Source: Mustelus asterias (Eukaryota). From it: a stretch of DNA of 64,000 nucleotides. The notes under the pieces are model-generated. The model made no database searches. It worked only from the letters and a program-made list of their open reading frames with translations, and was not told the DNA's origin. Positions within the stretch are counted from its first letter, which is position 1; each line of letters starts with the position of its first letter. Location of the stretch: assembly GCF_964213995.1 (NCBI RefSeq), contig NC_135808.1:22630001-22694000 (forward strand). The letters run 5' to 3'. Positions 45,205-58,300 of the stretch are shown here, piece by piece. The translations under genes were made by a program, and so were the position numbers.

Positions 45205-48200
45205 ACATAGAACATAGAACATTTCAGCACAGAAACAGGCCTTTTGGCCCTTTTTGCCTGTGCCGAACCATTTTTGTGCCTAGTCCCACTGACCTGCACC
45301 TGGACCATATCCCTCCACACCCCTCTCATCCATGTACCTGTCCAAGTTTTTCTTAAATGTTAAAAGTGCATTCACCACCTCATCTGGCAGCTCATTCCAA
45401 ACTCCCACCACTCTGTGCGAAGAAGCCCCCCCTAATATTCCCTTTAAACTTTTCCCCCCTCACTCTTAACCCATGTCCTCTAGTTATTTTCTCCCCTAGC
45501 CTCAGTGGAAAAAACCTGCTTGCATTCACTCTATGGATACCAATCATAATTTTATACACCTCTATCAAATCTCCCCTCATTCCTCTATGCTCCAGGGAAT
45601 AAAGTCCTAACCTATTCAACTTTTCTCTGTAACTCAGTTTCTCAAGTCCCGGCAACATCCTTGTAAACCTTCTCTGCACTCTTTCAACCTTATTAATATC
45701 CTTCCTGTAATTAGGTGACCAAAACTGCACATAATACTCTAAATTCGGCCTCACCAATGTCTTATACAACTTCACCATAACATTCCAACTCCTATATTCA
45801 ATACTTTGATTTATAAAGGCCAATGTACCAAAAGCACTCTTTACGACCCTATCGACCTGTGATGCCACTTTTAGGGAATTATGTATCTGTATTCCCAGAT
45901 CTCTCTGTTCTACTGCACTCTTCAGTGTCCTACCATTTACCTTGTATCTTCTACCTTGGTTTGTCCTTCCAAAGTGCAATACCTCACACTTAGAACATAG
46001 AACATTACAGCGCAGTACAGGCCCTTCGGCCCTCGATGTTGCGCTGACCAGTGAAACCAATCTAAAGCCCATCTAATCTACACTATTCCAATATCATCCA
46101 TATGTTTATCCAATAACCATTTGAATTCTCTTAATGTTGGCGAGTCCACTACTGCTGCAGGCAGGGCATTCCACGCCCTGACTACTCTCTGACTAAAGAA
46201 CCTACCTCGAAAATCTGTCCTATATCTCTCACCCCTCAATTTAAAGCTATGTCCCCTCGTGTTAGCCATCACCACCCGAGGAAAAAGGCTCTCACTATCC
46301 ACCCTATCTAATCCTCTGATCATCTTGTATGCCTCTATTAAGTCACATCTTAACCTTCTTCTCTCTAACAAAAACAACCTCAAGTCCCTCAGTCTTTCCT
46401 CACACGATCTTCCCACCATACCAGGCAACATCCTGGTAAATCTCCTCTGCACACTTTCCAACACTTCCATGTCTTTCCTATAATGTGGCGACCAGAACTG
46501 TACGCAATACTCCAAGTGCGGCCGCACCAGAGTTTTGTATAGTTGCAGCATGACTTCATAGCTCCGAAACTCAATCCCTCTCCCAATAAAAGCTAACACA
46601 CCGTACGCCTTCTTAACAATCCTATCAACCTGGGTGCCAACTTTCAGGGATCTATGCAGATGGACACCCAGATCCCTCTGTTCATCCACACTACCAAGTA
46701 TCTTACCATTAGCCCAGTACTCTGTATTCCTGTTACTCCTTCCAAAGTGAATCACCTCACACTTTTCCGCATTAAGCTCCATTTGCCACCTCTCAGCCCA
46801 ACTCTGCAGCTTATCCATGTCCCTCTGTAACCTGCCACTTCCCTCCGCACTGTCTACAACTCCACCAACTTTAATGTCATCCGCAAATTTACTAATCCAT
46901 CCTTCTACGCCCTCATACAGGTCATTTATAAAAATGACAAACAGCAGTGGCCCCAAAACAGATCCTTGTGGTACACCACTAGTAACTGAACTCCAGGATG
47001 AATATTTCCCATCAACCACCACACTCTGTTTTCTTACAGCAAGCCAATTCCTGATCCAAACCACTAAATCACCCTCAATCCCATGTGTCCGTATTTTCTG
47101 CAACAGCTTACCATGGGGAACCTTATCATATGCTTTGCTGAAATCCATATACACCACATCAACCACTTTACCCTCATCCACCTCTTTGGTCACCTTCTCA
47201 AAGAACTCAATAAGGTTTGTGAGGCACGACCTACCCTTCAAAAAATCGTGCTAACTATCCCTCATCAAATTATTCCTTTCTTGGTGATTATAAATCCTAT
47301 CTCTTATAATCCTTTCCAAAACTTTGCCCACAACAGAAGTAAGGCTCACCGGTCTATAATTACCAGGGTTGTCCCTACTCCCCTTCTTGAACAAGATTTT
47401 CTATCCTCCAGTCTTCTGGCACTGTTCCTGTAGACAATGACGACACAAAGATCAAAGCCAAAGGCTCAGCAATCTCCTCTCTAGCCTCCCAGAGAATCCT
47501 AGGATAAATCCCATCTGGCCCAGGGGACTTATTTATTTTTACCCTTTCCAGAATTGCTAACACCTCCTCCTTATGAACCTCAATCCCGTCCAGGCCAACA
47601 ACCTGCATCTCAGTACTCCCCTCGACAACACTATCCTTCTCCTGTGTGAATACCGACGAAAAATATTGATTTAGTGCCCCTCCTAGCTCTTCAGACTCCA
47701 TGCACAACCTTTGACAAGGTTCCGCATGGGAGGTTAGTCAGGAAGGTTCAGTAGCTAGGTATACATGGAGGGGTAGTAAATTGGATTAGACATTGGCTCA
47801 ATGGAAGAAGCCAGAGAGTGGGAGTGGAGGATTGCGTCTCTGAGTGGAGGCCTGTGACTAGTGGTGTGCCACAGGGATCAGTGCTGGGTCCATTGTTGTT
47901 TGTCATCTATATCAATGATCTGGATGATAATGTGGTAAATTGGATCAGGACGTTTGCTGATGATACAAAGATTGGCTGTCCTTGACTGGCCCTAATCTTA
48001 CCCTAGTCATTTCTTTTACTCCTGACATACCTATAGAAAGCTTTAGGGTTTTCCTTGATCCTACCTGCCAAAGACTTCTTATGTCCCCTCCTGGTTCCTC
48101 TTAACTCTTTTTCTTTAGGTCCTTCCTGTCTAACTTGTAACTCTCAAGCGCCCTAACTGAGCCTTCACGTCTCATCTTAACATAAGTCTCCTTCTTCCTC

Positions 48201-49737
48201 TTCACAAGAGATTCAACCTCTTTAGTAAACCACGGTTCCTTCACACGACTGCTTGCTCCCTGCCTGACAGGTACATATTTATCGAGGACGCGTAGTAGCT
48301 GTTCCTCGAACAAGCTCCACATTACAATTGTGCCCATCCCCTGCAGTTTCCTTCCCCAACCTATGCCACCTAAATATTGTCTGATTAACTTGTCTGCATT
48401 AAACTGCATCTGCCATTTTTCAGCCCATTTTTCTAGCTGGTCCAAATCCCTCTGCAAGCTTTGAAAGCCTTCTTCACTGTCCACTACACCTCCAATCTTT
48501 GTATCATCAGCAAACGTCCTGATCCAATTTACCACATTATCATCCAGATCATTGATATAGATGACAAACAACAATGGACCCAGCACTTATCCCTGTGGCA
48601 CACCACTAGTCACAGACCTCCACTCAGAGAAGCAATCCTCCACTACCACTCTCTGGCTTCTTCCATTGAGCCAATGTCTAATCCAATTTACTACCTCTCC
48701 ATGTACACCTAGCGACTGAACCTTCCTGACTAACCTCCCATGCGGAACCTTGTCAAAGGCCTTGCTGAAATCCAGGTAGACAACATCCACTGCCTTCCCT
48801 TATCCACTTTCTTGGTAACCTCCTCGAAAAACTCTAATAGATTGGTTAAACATGACCTACCACGCACAAAGCCATGTTGCCTCTCCCTAATAAGTCCCTG
48901 TCTATCCAAATATTTGTAGATCCTATCTCTTAATACTCCTTCCAATAATTTACCTGCTACTGACGTCAAACCTACCGGCCTATAATTTCCCGCATTACTT
49001 TTTGAACCTTTTTTAAACAATGGAACAACATGAGCTATCCTCCAATCATCCGGCACCTCACCTGTGGATACCGACATTTTAAATATATCTGCCAGGGCCC
49101 CTGCAATTTCAACACTAGTCTCCTTCAAGGTCCGAGGGAATACCCTGTCCGGTCCTGGGGATTTATCTACTCTGATTTGTCTCAAGACAGCAAGCACCTC
49201 CTCCCCTTTAATCTGTATAGGTTCCATGACCTCCCTACTTGTTTGCCTTATTTCCATAGACTCCATGCCAGTTTCCTTAGTAAATACGGATGCAAAAAAC
49301 CCACTTAATATCTCCCCCATTTCTTTTGGTTCCATACATAGCCGACCACTCTGATCTTCAAGAGGACCAATTTTATCCCTTACTATCCTTTTGCTCTTAA
49401 TATACCTGTAGAAGCACTTAGGATTATCCTTCACCTTGTCTGCCAAAGCAACCTCATGTCTTCTTTTAGGCTTCCTGATTTCTTTCTTAAGTAGTTTCTT
49501 GCACTTTTTATACTCCTCAAGCATCTTATTTGCTCCCTGTTGCCTATACATGTCATACATCTCTCTCTTCTTCTTTATCAGAGTTCCAATATCCCTCGAG
49601 AACCAAGGTTCCTTATTCTTATTCACTTTGCCTTTAATCCTGACAGGACCATACAAACTCTGCACTCTCAAAATTTCACCTTTACAGGCCTCCCACTTAC
49701 CATTCACATCCTTGCCAGGGAACAGCCTGTCCCAATC
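45205..49737 (-). mobile_element. CR1 nest: subfamily-B element (~45205-45990 + ~48388-49737) interrupted by a subfamily-A element (~45991-48387). The nest sits in an LTR fragment (45188-45204 + 49738-49830)
   Basis: Minus-strand RT ORFs 46078-47241 and 48730-49749. Two (catagaa)n tails. ccatga flanking repeat. Host sequence tgtgatcaccccc..ggggaatc..ttgacctcccagtaggactc resembles the 28371 LTR. Confidence 0.88.
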
Positions 49738-50714
49738 CATGACTTGCATGGGGAATCAGTCATTGACCTCCCAGTAGGACTCATTGAATATGAGCTCCCT
49801 GGGAATTGGTAATTAACCAACCAGATTTAATTTACTTAAAGGCTGCTGGTTTAGGTCAGAATCTGGCTTTTACTCTACATTTGAACGTGTAAAAGATCTA
49901 TGAGTTGAATTTCCACTTGGACCCACATTCCCTAATTTACTGTCGCACTCAGACTGAAGCCTCACCTGACTGATCATGCATTTCTAACTTCACACATAAC
50001 AGAATGACACATCCAATCACACTTGCATTAATATCCTAACATTTCTAGCCATGGCGGGGAGGTGGAGGAGGGGGAGTTAGGGGACCTCTTGTGGAGTCTT
50101 TGCTTCCACCCCAATGCACGGTCCCAGGGCCTTTGGTAACGGCCAGCCTGTGACCTGTCATTTTAAAGAAATCAGACTCAAGGGCAAAGACACCACCAAG
50201 CGTAAGTTAGCAAATTAATCTATATTTTCCTTTCTCTAAAATATACATCAATACCAAATTACACCCATGACGATTTATGCTAATTTGGTGGTGTGTGTGT
50301 TGTGTGTATGTTTCCTAACACTACATCTCATTCTCAATCATTTTCCTCACAAACATCCCATTAGTTTCCATCTGATCCCATCCCTGAGCCCTGGAGATTA
50401 TTGACTGTCCAATATAACATTTTCTGTTTTGACATTGAATTTGATTTCTGGCACTAACATGTTTGCTCCTTAACTCAGGTAACATCTCATTACTTCAGCA
50501 GAAGACTATATGAAACTGATATTTTCCAAATTATCTCAAATTCAGATAGCCCCATGTATCGTTTATTTCTTAACATTCATAGAAAGGAGCTAACGTGTAT
50601 TTTAATTCCCAGCAAATTTCTCCTTGAGCATTTTAAAGTATTAATTCACATGTATTAAATTCATGAATTCCAATTTCTTCTGTTGTTTTTTCATGTTTCT
50701 TTAAATGAGTGTAT

Positions 50715-50925
50715 GGGGCAGCGTGGTGAACAGCACTGCTGCCTCACAGTGCCAGTTACCCGGGTTCGATTCCCGGCTTGGGTCACTGTCTGCGCGGAAT
50801 CTGTGCGTTCTCCCCGTGTGTGCATGGGTTTCCTCTGGGTGTGCAAAAGATGTGCTGGTTAGGTTCATTGGCCATGCTAAATTCCCCCTCAGTGTCCGCA
50901 AACAGGCACTGGAGTGTGGCGACAA
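50715..50925 (+). mobile_element. HE1-type SINE, alternative-tail subfamily; positional paralog of 6692
   Basis: The flank at 50560-50710 matches 6550-6690. Confidence 0.75.
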
Positions 50926-52097
50926 AGATTCTGATAGTAGATTCTGAAAGCCATGATAGTATTAAATGTTGTAGCAGACTCGAGGGGCTGAATAGTCTGC
51001 TCCTGCCCCTAATTCTTATGTCATTATGTTTTTATATTATCATCTCACATCTTATCAATTTGATTCTGAGATGTTGCAGTTCTCTTTATTATGGATGTCA
51101 AATCTACTGAGAAGTTTTGGACCCAGCTCATTGCCTTCAGTGTTTTTTCATGCAACGCAAAGGTGAGTGTATTGGGAGGGAGTTGGACTGAAATGCAGGA
51201 GGATTATGCTTCGCGATACTACCTCCGAGCTATTAGTCTCGATATCTGAGGAAGGATGCTAATGCGAAAGAAGCATTTTAGAAAATGTATGAACATGTAC
51301 TGGAAGCATTAGACTATCCCCTATCCCGATGGACTGGTGGGTTTGAAACAAAATGATTGGCACAATACTGTTCCCTGCTTCTTTTAAAGTATTAGTGCTG
51401 ATACAGTATGTGTAGATTTAAGTGATTCCAATAGGTGTTGGGTTGGACATGTGAAGGTATGGGGGCGGAGGATGCTGGGGGCCGAGGCCAGTTAATATTT
51501 CATTCCAAATTCCCGATGTTTTCCACGTTTAAAACTTGGTCAGTGCTCTCATTCCTCACATATTTTAACATAAGTGCATGTGGGATCATAGGAACATCGG
51601 CACAGCAGTAGGCCATTCAGCCTGCTCCGCCATTCAATAAAACCGGACACCTCAATATATTTTACACGTTATGTCGGTATAGCGCGCAAGAAACAATACT
51701 TTTCACTGCATACAGATATATGAGTCAAAATCAAATCAAACATACTAACCCCAAACCCTTCCGATATGTTAATGGGAAACATATTTAACTCTTCCATAAA
51801 AATACTCAATTTTCCTGCCCGACTGCAGAATGCGGCCATGACACTATGTCGTTTTGCAATTTTAATTCTGTTACGTTGTTTCCTCGCTCTGTCAGAGAGG
51901 AAATACCGGAACCCATAACACCTTCTTTCTGAACACTGATCCACGCCCAGTATTTTTTTCACATTTCGGTCTTTGCTGTCAGCTGGAACAACACAGGCTA
52001 CTTTGTACAAGCACATCGAGCAGGGCAGATTCTAATCTCGATATTTCACGCTCTTGGACTGTTAGTTGCAGCATTTCCAAACTCCATTCGCAACAAT

Positions 52098-52670
52098 GGG
52101 CGGCAAGGCGGCACAGTGGTTAGCACTGCTGCGTCACAGTGGTTAGCACTGCTACGTCACGGTGGTTAGCACTGCTGCGTCACGGTGGTTAGCACTGCTG
52201 CGTCACGGTGGTGAGCACTGCTGCGTCACGGTGGTTCGCACTGCTGCGTCACAGTGGTGAGCACTGCTGCGTCACGGTGGTTAGCACTGCTGCGTCACGG
52301 TGGTGAGCACTGCCGCGTCACGGTGGTGAGCACTGCTGCGTCACGGTGGTTAGCACTGCTGCGTCACGGTGGTTAGGCACTGCTGCGTCACGGTGCTAGG
52401 GACCCGGATTCAAAATCCCGTTTGGGTCACTGTCTGTGTGGGGACTGTACAATCTCCCCGAGCCGGCATCGGTTTCCTCCTGGCGCTCCGGTTTCCTCCC
52501 ACAGTCCAACAATGTGCGGGTTAGGAGGATTGGTCATGCTAAATTGCTCCTTAGTGTCAGGGAAACTAGCTAGCTTAAGTGCATGGGTTTAAGGGAATAG
52601 GACCTGGGTAGGATTATGGTCGGTGCAGACTCGATGGGCCGAATGGCCTCCTTTATTATAGGGATTCTAT
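52098..52670 (+). mobile_element. HE1-type SINE whose A-box region is amplified as 12 tandem 23-bp units (52112-52388)
   Basis: (cacggtggttagcactgctgcgt)x12 followed by normal SINE body and tail. Confidence 0.9.
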
Positions 52671-55350
52671 GCAATGAACAATGCTTTTAAGCATTCAATT
52701 GTATTGGGGGGGGGGGAGGATGGGGGGTGGAGTTCACACAGCATTGCAAATGCAGATTTTGGGGGCCTTATATCGTCTTACCATGACTTCTGTGGACTTC
52801 GGTTGTGCAATTTGACTTGGATTCGTATCATTTCTTGCAATTGAGTACGTTCTTCTGCTAAAGTGTGAACCTTTGCCGCTGCCCATCTAAAATGGCAATT
52901 TGCTCCGACAGAGCATTTTTCTCGATAATATTGCTGGTTCAGCTATTACTTATCGATAATTTTGGTGGTTTCTGTTCAACATAGATTAATTTGGCTTTAA
53001 TACATCATGATTTAAACGACTGTCCAGCTCTCCCTTTTCCTGTGTCCATCATGGTTTACTTCTTACTTTATATCATCATCCTTAATTGTCTCATATTCTT
53101 ATCATTTCAACTTGATTGTTATTCATTTGGATGTTCGGAAATCAGCTCATGTCTATCCTTATTGTTTGGATGTCACCTTCTCACTGGAACATATGTGAGT
53201 GACTTGATGAATTTAGATAACGTCTCATTCTAATGGTCACATTAGCGATGTCATGGATATCGTTTGTCAAATGATTGTGCATAGCTGAGACCCGTGCTTT
53301 GGTAAATTCACAAGGCGTTTGCACTCGGTACTTGCTCCATACGCACCAAATCATATTTCCACATTCAAAATGGCATCCCAATATTGGAGTGAATACAAGC
53401 CCAGTCAACCCAATCTCTCCTCTATCGACAGTCCTGCCATCCCAGCAATCAACCTGTCGACATTTCGCTGCACGCCCTCTGGTAAGTACGTCCTTTGTTA
53501 GATAAAGAGAACAAGTCCGCACGCAATGCTCCAGGTGTAGTCTCACCAATACCGTTGTAATGCTGCTTTTTTGTAAAGATGGGGCATGAACTGCAGCTGT
53601 AAATATTCATGACATCTCCTCATCTTTAGGTGTCTCGAAGAAATTCTGGAGTTCGAAGTGTCGCAAAACTCCTGAAACTCCATCGTGATATTGCGCTGTC
53701 AGGATCCCGTCCTCCCTGGAGTGGAAGTGGCGGCTTTGGGAGGTGCTGTTGATAAAAGCTGTCGGGAGTTGCTTGGAGATGCTTGGTGTTGGAGATGGCG
53801 ACTTTGCGAGGTGCTGTTGAAAGAAGCTGTTGCTTTGTGATGCTTAATGTGACAGAGCCCCAACTCGCCAATTGGACTCTGATTATCCACAAGCATTTCC
53901 CCCAACCTTGCACCGTAACCTCACATCATTCAAGCCAGTGAGTTTCGGGCCAGTAACATCAATAACCCCAACCTTTCGAACAGGCAACAGTGAAGGAGTT
54001 CAACTGAATAATTGCATTACTTTTGACGTTGATATCTCGTGATGACAAGGAGTATCAACCGTTTGCACAGGTATTTCAGTGTTTTGATTTCCACAATTTG
54101 ATCTCAAATCCCGCACTCCATTCAATGGTGAAAAACTCTCTTGTAATGTCAACATTTCCTCTTTAAAATTGGAACCATTCTCTATCACTGAGCCGACGGG
54201 TGACTCCCGATCCACAGCAATGTGGTTGATTCTTAGCTGTCTTCGGGGCAATGGGGATGGGCAATAAATGCTGACCAGCCAGTGATGCCCATGTCCCACG
54301 AATGAATAAACAGAAAATGTGTACCTTATAGAATGCCTTTCGAAAATGAAAATACACCACCTCTACTGTTTCTCCCTTTCGAGCTATAAAGGCCTATATT
54401 ACCCTTAACTACCCTATTTATCCGGATATATTATTAATAAACTTTAGTATTGTCCCTGATATTCCTCACGGTGCCACGCCCCCTTCCCTCCATAGAACTC
54501 TCATTGTTCAGCTCTTCCTTTGTGGATGTTTGCATCTTTCCCTCTCTCCCGGATCGTCCCAGTGCCATGCCCTCACATCAGTTTGATGGAATTTGTCACT
54601 CCCTTTGATGACACCAATGGAAGTTTTTGTATCGTTGGTTTCATTGAGGGTAGGTGATGAATATTTCTATTGATGGTGCATAAAGCTTTGGCATATTGTA
54701 ACTTGTGGACTTGTGAGTCGAAGTATTGCTAATCCATGCACAACATCGCTGTACATGTGCCTGTACCACATGGACTACTGTCCTTTAAAAAAGGCAGCTC
54801 ACCAAAAACATTTAAAGGGCGAATTTTGGCCTAGCCAGCACACCCACATCCCATTAATGATTTTAAAAAATGATGCAGAATGATATTTATTCAGTTGAAG
54901 GAGAAGTGGAGAGATGTTTTTAGAGCGAACGATGGGTATTGATGCATTGTCCTATTTGAAATAAAGTGAGCTACTGAATTGGAGTGTGTCTGAATACATG
55001 ATGGCATGATTTGCCACAGCGTCAGCACCCTTTGGAAGAAATGAACACAGCACGTGCTGTTTGTGTGTACTACTAAAATGCCCACTAAAATGCAACTTGA
55101 TCAGTTTCTGAGACAACTTTGGCAGATGCCCAGATTTGATAGTTAGTTAAGACTGCAGTGTGCTTTCTTTGCATTCTCATTAATGCATGTGCAATAACTG
55201 ATCATTTGGTAACGATATCTCTTCACTACACTTGCTGTTTGGCGTACAGGATATCATGCATTGCAGTTTCACCAGGCTAACACGGTTGATGAAAAGATTG
55301 GGATCAATATAATATTTATTCATACAAAGCATGTTGTTCTGCTCACAGAT

Positions 55351-58300
55351 CTATTGTTTATTAATGAAACGGATAATTGATGTAAACGGATATTTCAGCG
55401 CGCTCTTGAACTGATCCCTGAACTTAGACTGAGTCACTCCATATATAAATGCATTTGTGCAGCAACTTAAATCCACCAGCATAACTCCAACTTGATCAAA
55501 TATATATAAAGAATCGTTATAATTTGCGGGATTAGTTCCTGAAATTATATCATATAAGAAATTTGTAACATATAAAAACCATAAGAGTATGAAGCTCCCA
55601 GATATGGTGAAGAGTAAAATCATAGACTTCCTTCTGCCCTCCATCTCTGGGTCACTGCGATTATCGCATTTGCTCTGACCCCTCAGTCCCTTCCGTACTC
55701 GACTGGTCACTAAAATATATCTGACTGTAAGAGTGTTGAGCAATAGAATTGAAACATATGGGATCAATGGAGTTGAAACCGTTTCAAACCATTCAAATGC
55801 CACCCATCCTGGGTCAGTATAATAACTTGGTTTTTCATTACAGAACCAGGGGACATTGTCGATTATCTCTCTAGGTTCAAACCTAAAGTAGATCGGAATG
55901 GCTTTTAAACACATCAGGGTGCAAGTGGTTGATAGTACTGCAGCTGCAGTTTGTTCGGTGCAGTATTTCGTTTTCAGCTTCTGACAACAAATGGCCACAA
56001 ATCGATCGAAGGAGAAAGTGACGGTGAACCAGACAGAACAGTTCACAGTTGCATAAAGCAGTACAAAGATAATAGTACATGCAGGGGTGATGTTCAGTAA
56101 AGATCCTGGGAAAAAGTAGCTGATCCGATATAATATGACCGCAGTGATAATCACCAGAAGATCTGCCGCTGCCATGGCCACGAGGTACCGAGTAGTACAG
56201 CTGGAGAGACCGCAGTTTCTCCGGGACAGGATCACGATTGCCATTAAATTAACTGTATGGGAGGGATAAAAATGTAGACTGTAAGTTACTGATCCAGCAT
56301 TCTCCATATCGGCTGGGTTGGTGTGGGGCAACAGCTGATTGTTTGAAATAGATCTTTATTTACCCAAAGACAATTTAAACTTGCAAATATCTGTGCTTAA
56401 CAGAATTAGGATTGTGGGCTCTGGGAGGGGTTATCATAATTTCTTTTATTTTTTAATAAACTTCAAATAATCTATTGCACATACGTCACAGACACAGTTC
56501 TCAGACTTTGGGCAATGTGAAAGGTGAAAGAGGGATGAGCACAACTTCAAGGCTAAGGCAAGTGTCTTCATAACACCTCTTATGTGCAAGGGGAAAGTAG
56601 TAGTTTTCTTGCTTCACCTCCACCTTGCACGCAATACACAAACTCCACCACCGCCTCAACCCCATCCAAACAGAAAGGAACCCGAAGCAGCCATCAGTCC
56701 CTGCATGTCCAGACAACCATGCCCAGTAACGAAGTTAGAACGGAACAGAACTGCTCCTGAAGAGTGCTATGAAGCCTCGCCCGCCCTACCTCCGCCGAAT
56801 GTGGAGAGAGCCCTGACAACTGGGCTACTCTGAGAACAAGAAACTTGTCAGGTATTACAGAAGCATGAAACGAAGTTTATAATATCACGGTAATTGGGGA
56901 AAGTCTAACTTGTGTTGCCTGCCCGATGCCAAAGTTCAAGACATCTGCTGAAGTCTGGAGAGGAAATTGCAGTGGGATCCACTTACTATGGTCCAGTATG
57001 GATCAGCGACATAGACAGGATAAATAAAGACGTTGTGCAGAGGCAAAACGGGATCCTCGGCAGCAGATTATGAAGTAAAACCTGAATGGTCATAACGTCG
57101 AGCTACGTGCAAATTAGCATAGGAAAATCGTATTTGAGGGCGGAAGGCATGGAGCAAACGGTGTGGGCGAACATAGTTCCGGTTCGGGGGCATTGGCAGA
57201 ATAATTGCGGAAAGTTGCACCTTAACCATTGAAACGGTTAACACCTAACTTAGAAACAGATCATTCGGACCATCGAGCCTGCACCGACAATAATCCTACC
57301 CAGGCCTTATCCCCGGAACACCAAATATTTATCCTGCTAATCTCGCTGACGCAAAGGGGCAATTAAGAATGGCCAATTAAGCTAATCCACACAAATTCGG
57401 ACTGTGCTGAGGCTAGTTTTCTTGTGAGGAGTGGAAAGTAGAGAGGTTGTACTTGACCTGGTATTCTGCGATTAAATGGAAATAATTAATCATCCAATAG
57501 TGCAGGAGCCCCGAGGTAGCAGCGACTAAATTACAATTGAATTTTGCACTCCGTTTCAGGGGTGGAGAAGTGGGTCTGCGAATTTCAACTGATCAATGGG
57601 ATCAAGCCATCGAATCTGGGAAAAGATCGCCAATAAATGAACCGAGACAAGGCAAAAAAGGAAGGGATTTTTACAGGCACGGAAGAACAATCTATGACAG
57701 GAAGGGAGAGAGAGCATTAATCCCACAGTGAACCAATGGATGACACCAGTGTTTATGAAAATAATAAGATGATCATAGATTCCCTACAGTGCAGAAGAAG
57801 GTTATTTGGCCGATCGAATCTGTAACGAGCACAATTCTACCCAGCGCCTATCCCGGTAGCCGCACACATCTACCCTGCTAAGTGGAAATTCAGCATGGCC
57901 AATGAACGTGACCTGCACATCTTTGGACCGTGTGGAAACCGGAGCACCCGGAGGAAACCCACATAGACACAGTGAGAACGTACAGACTCCACGTAGACGC
58001 TGGTCCAAGCTGGGAATCGAAACTGGCGCTGTGAGGCAACAGTGCTAAGCATTGTGCCACCATGCCACCCGGAAAAATGATAAAACAAAATGTTCTGTCT
58101 CTGAATGCACATAACATTCAGAGCGAAGCAGATGAAACTGGAAATAAACAAGTTATATTTTATAGCTTTTATGCTGACATGGCTGCAGGAAATGTAGTTT
58201 GACCTCAATATTATTGGAGTACAAAATGTTTCTGAAGTACAAGAGCGAGGAACATGTGGAAGGGTGGTTCGTTTAGTTAATAGTGGTGTTAGAACAACAG

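Noticed and set aside
56253-56331. N-terminus MPHTNPADMEN… of the 326-aa GPCR ORF
   Set aside because: Intronic. It lacks the first half of TM1, which is supplied in phase by the exon at 63030-63093.
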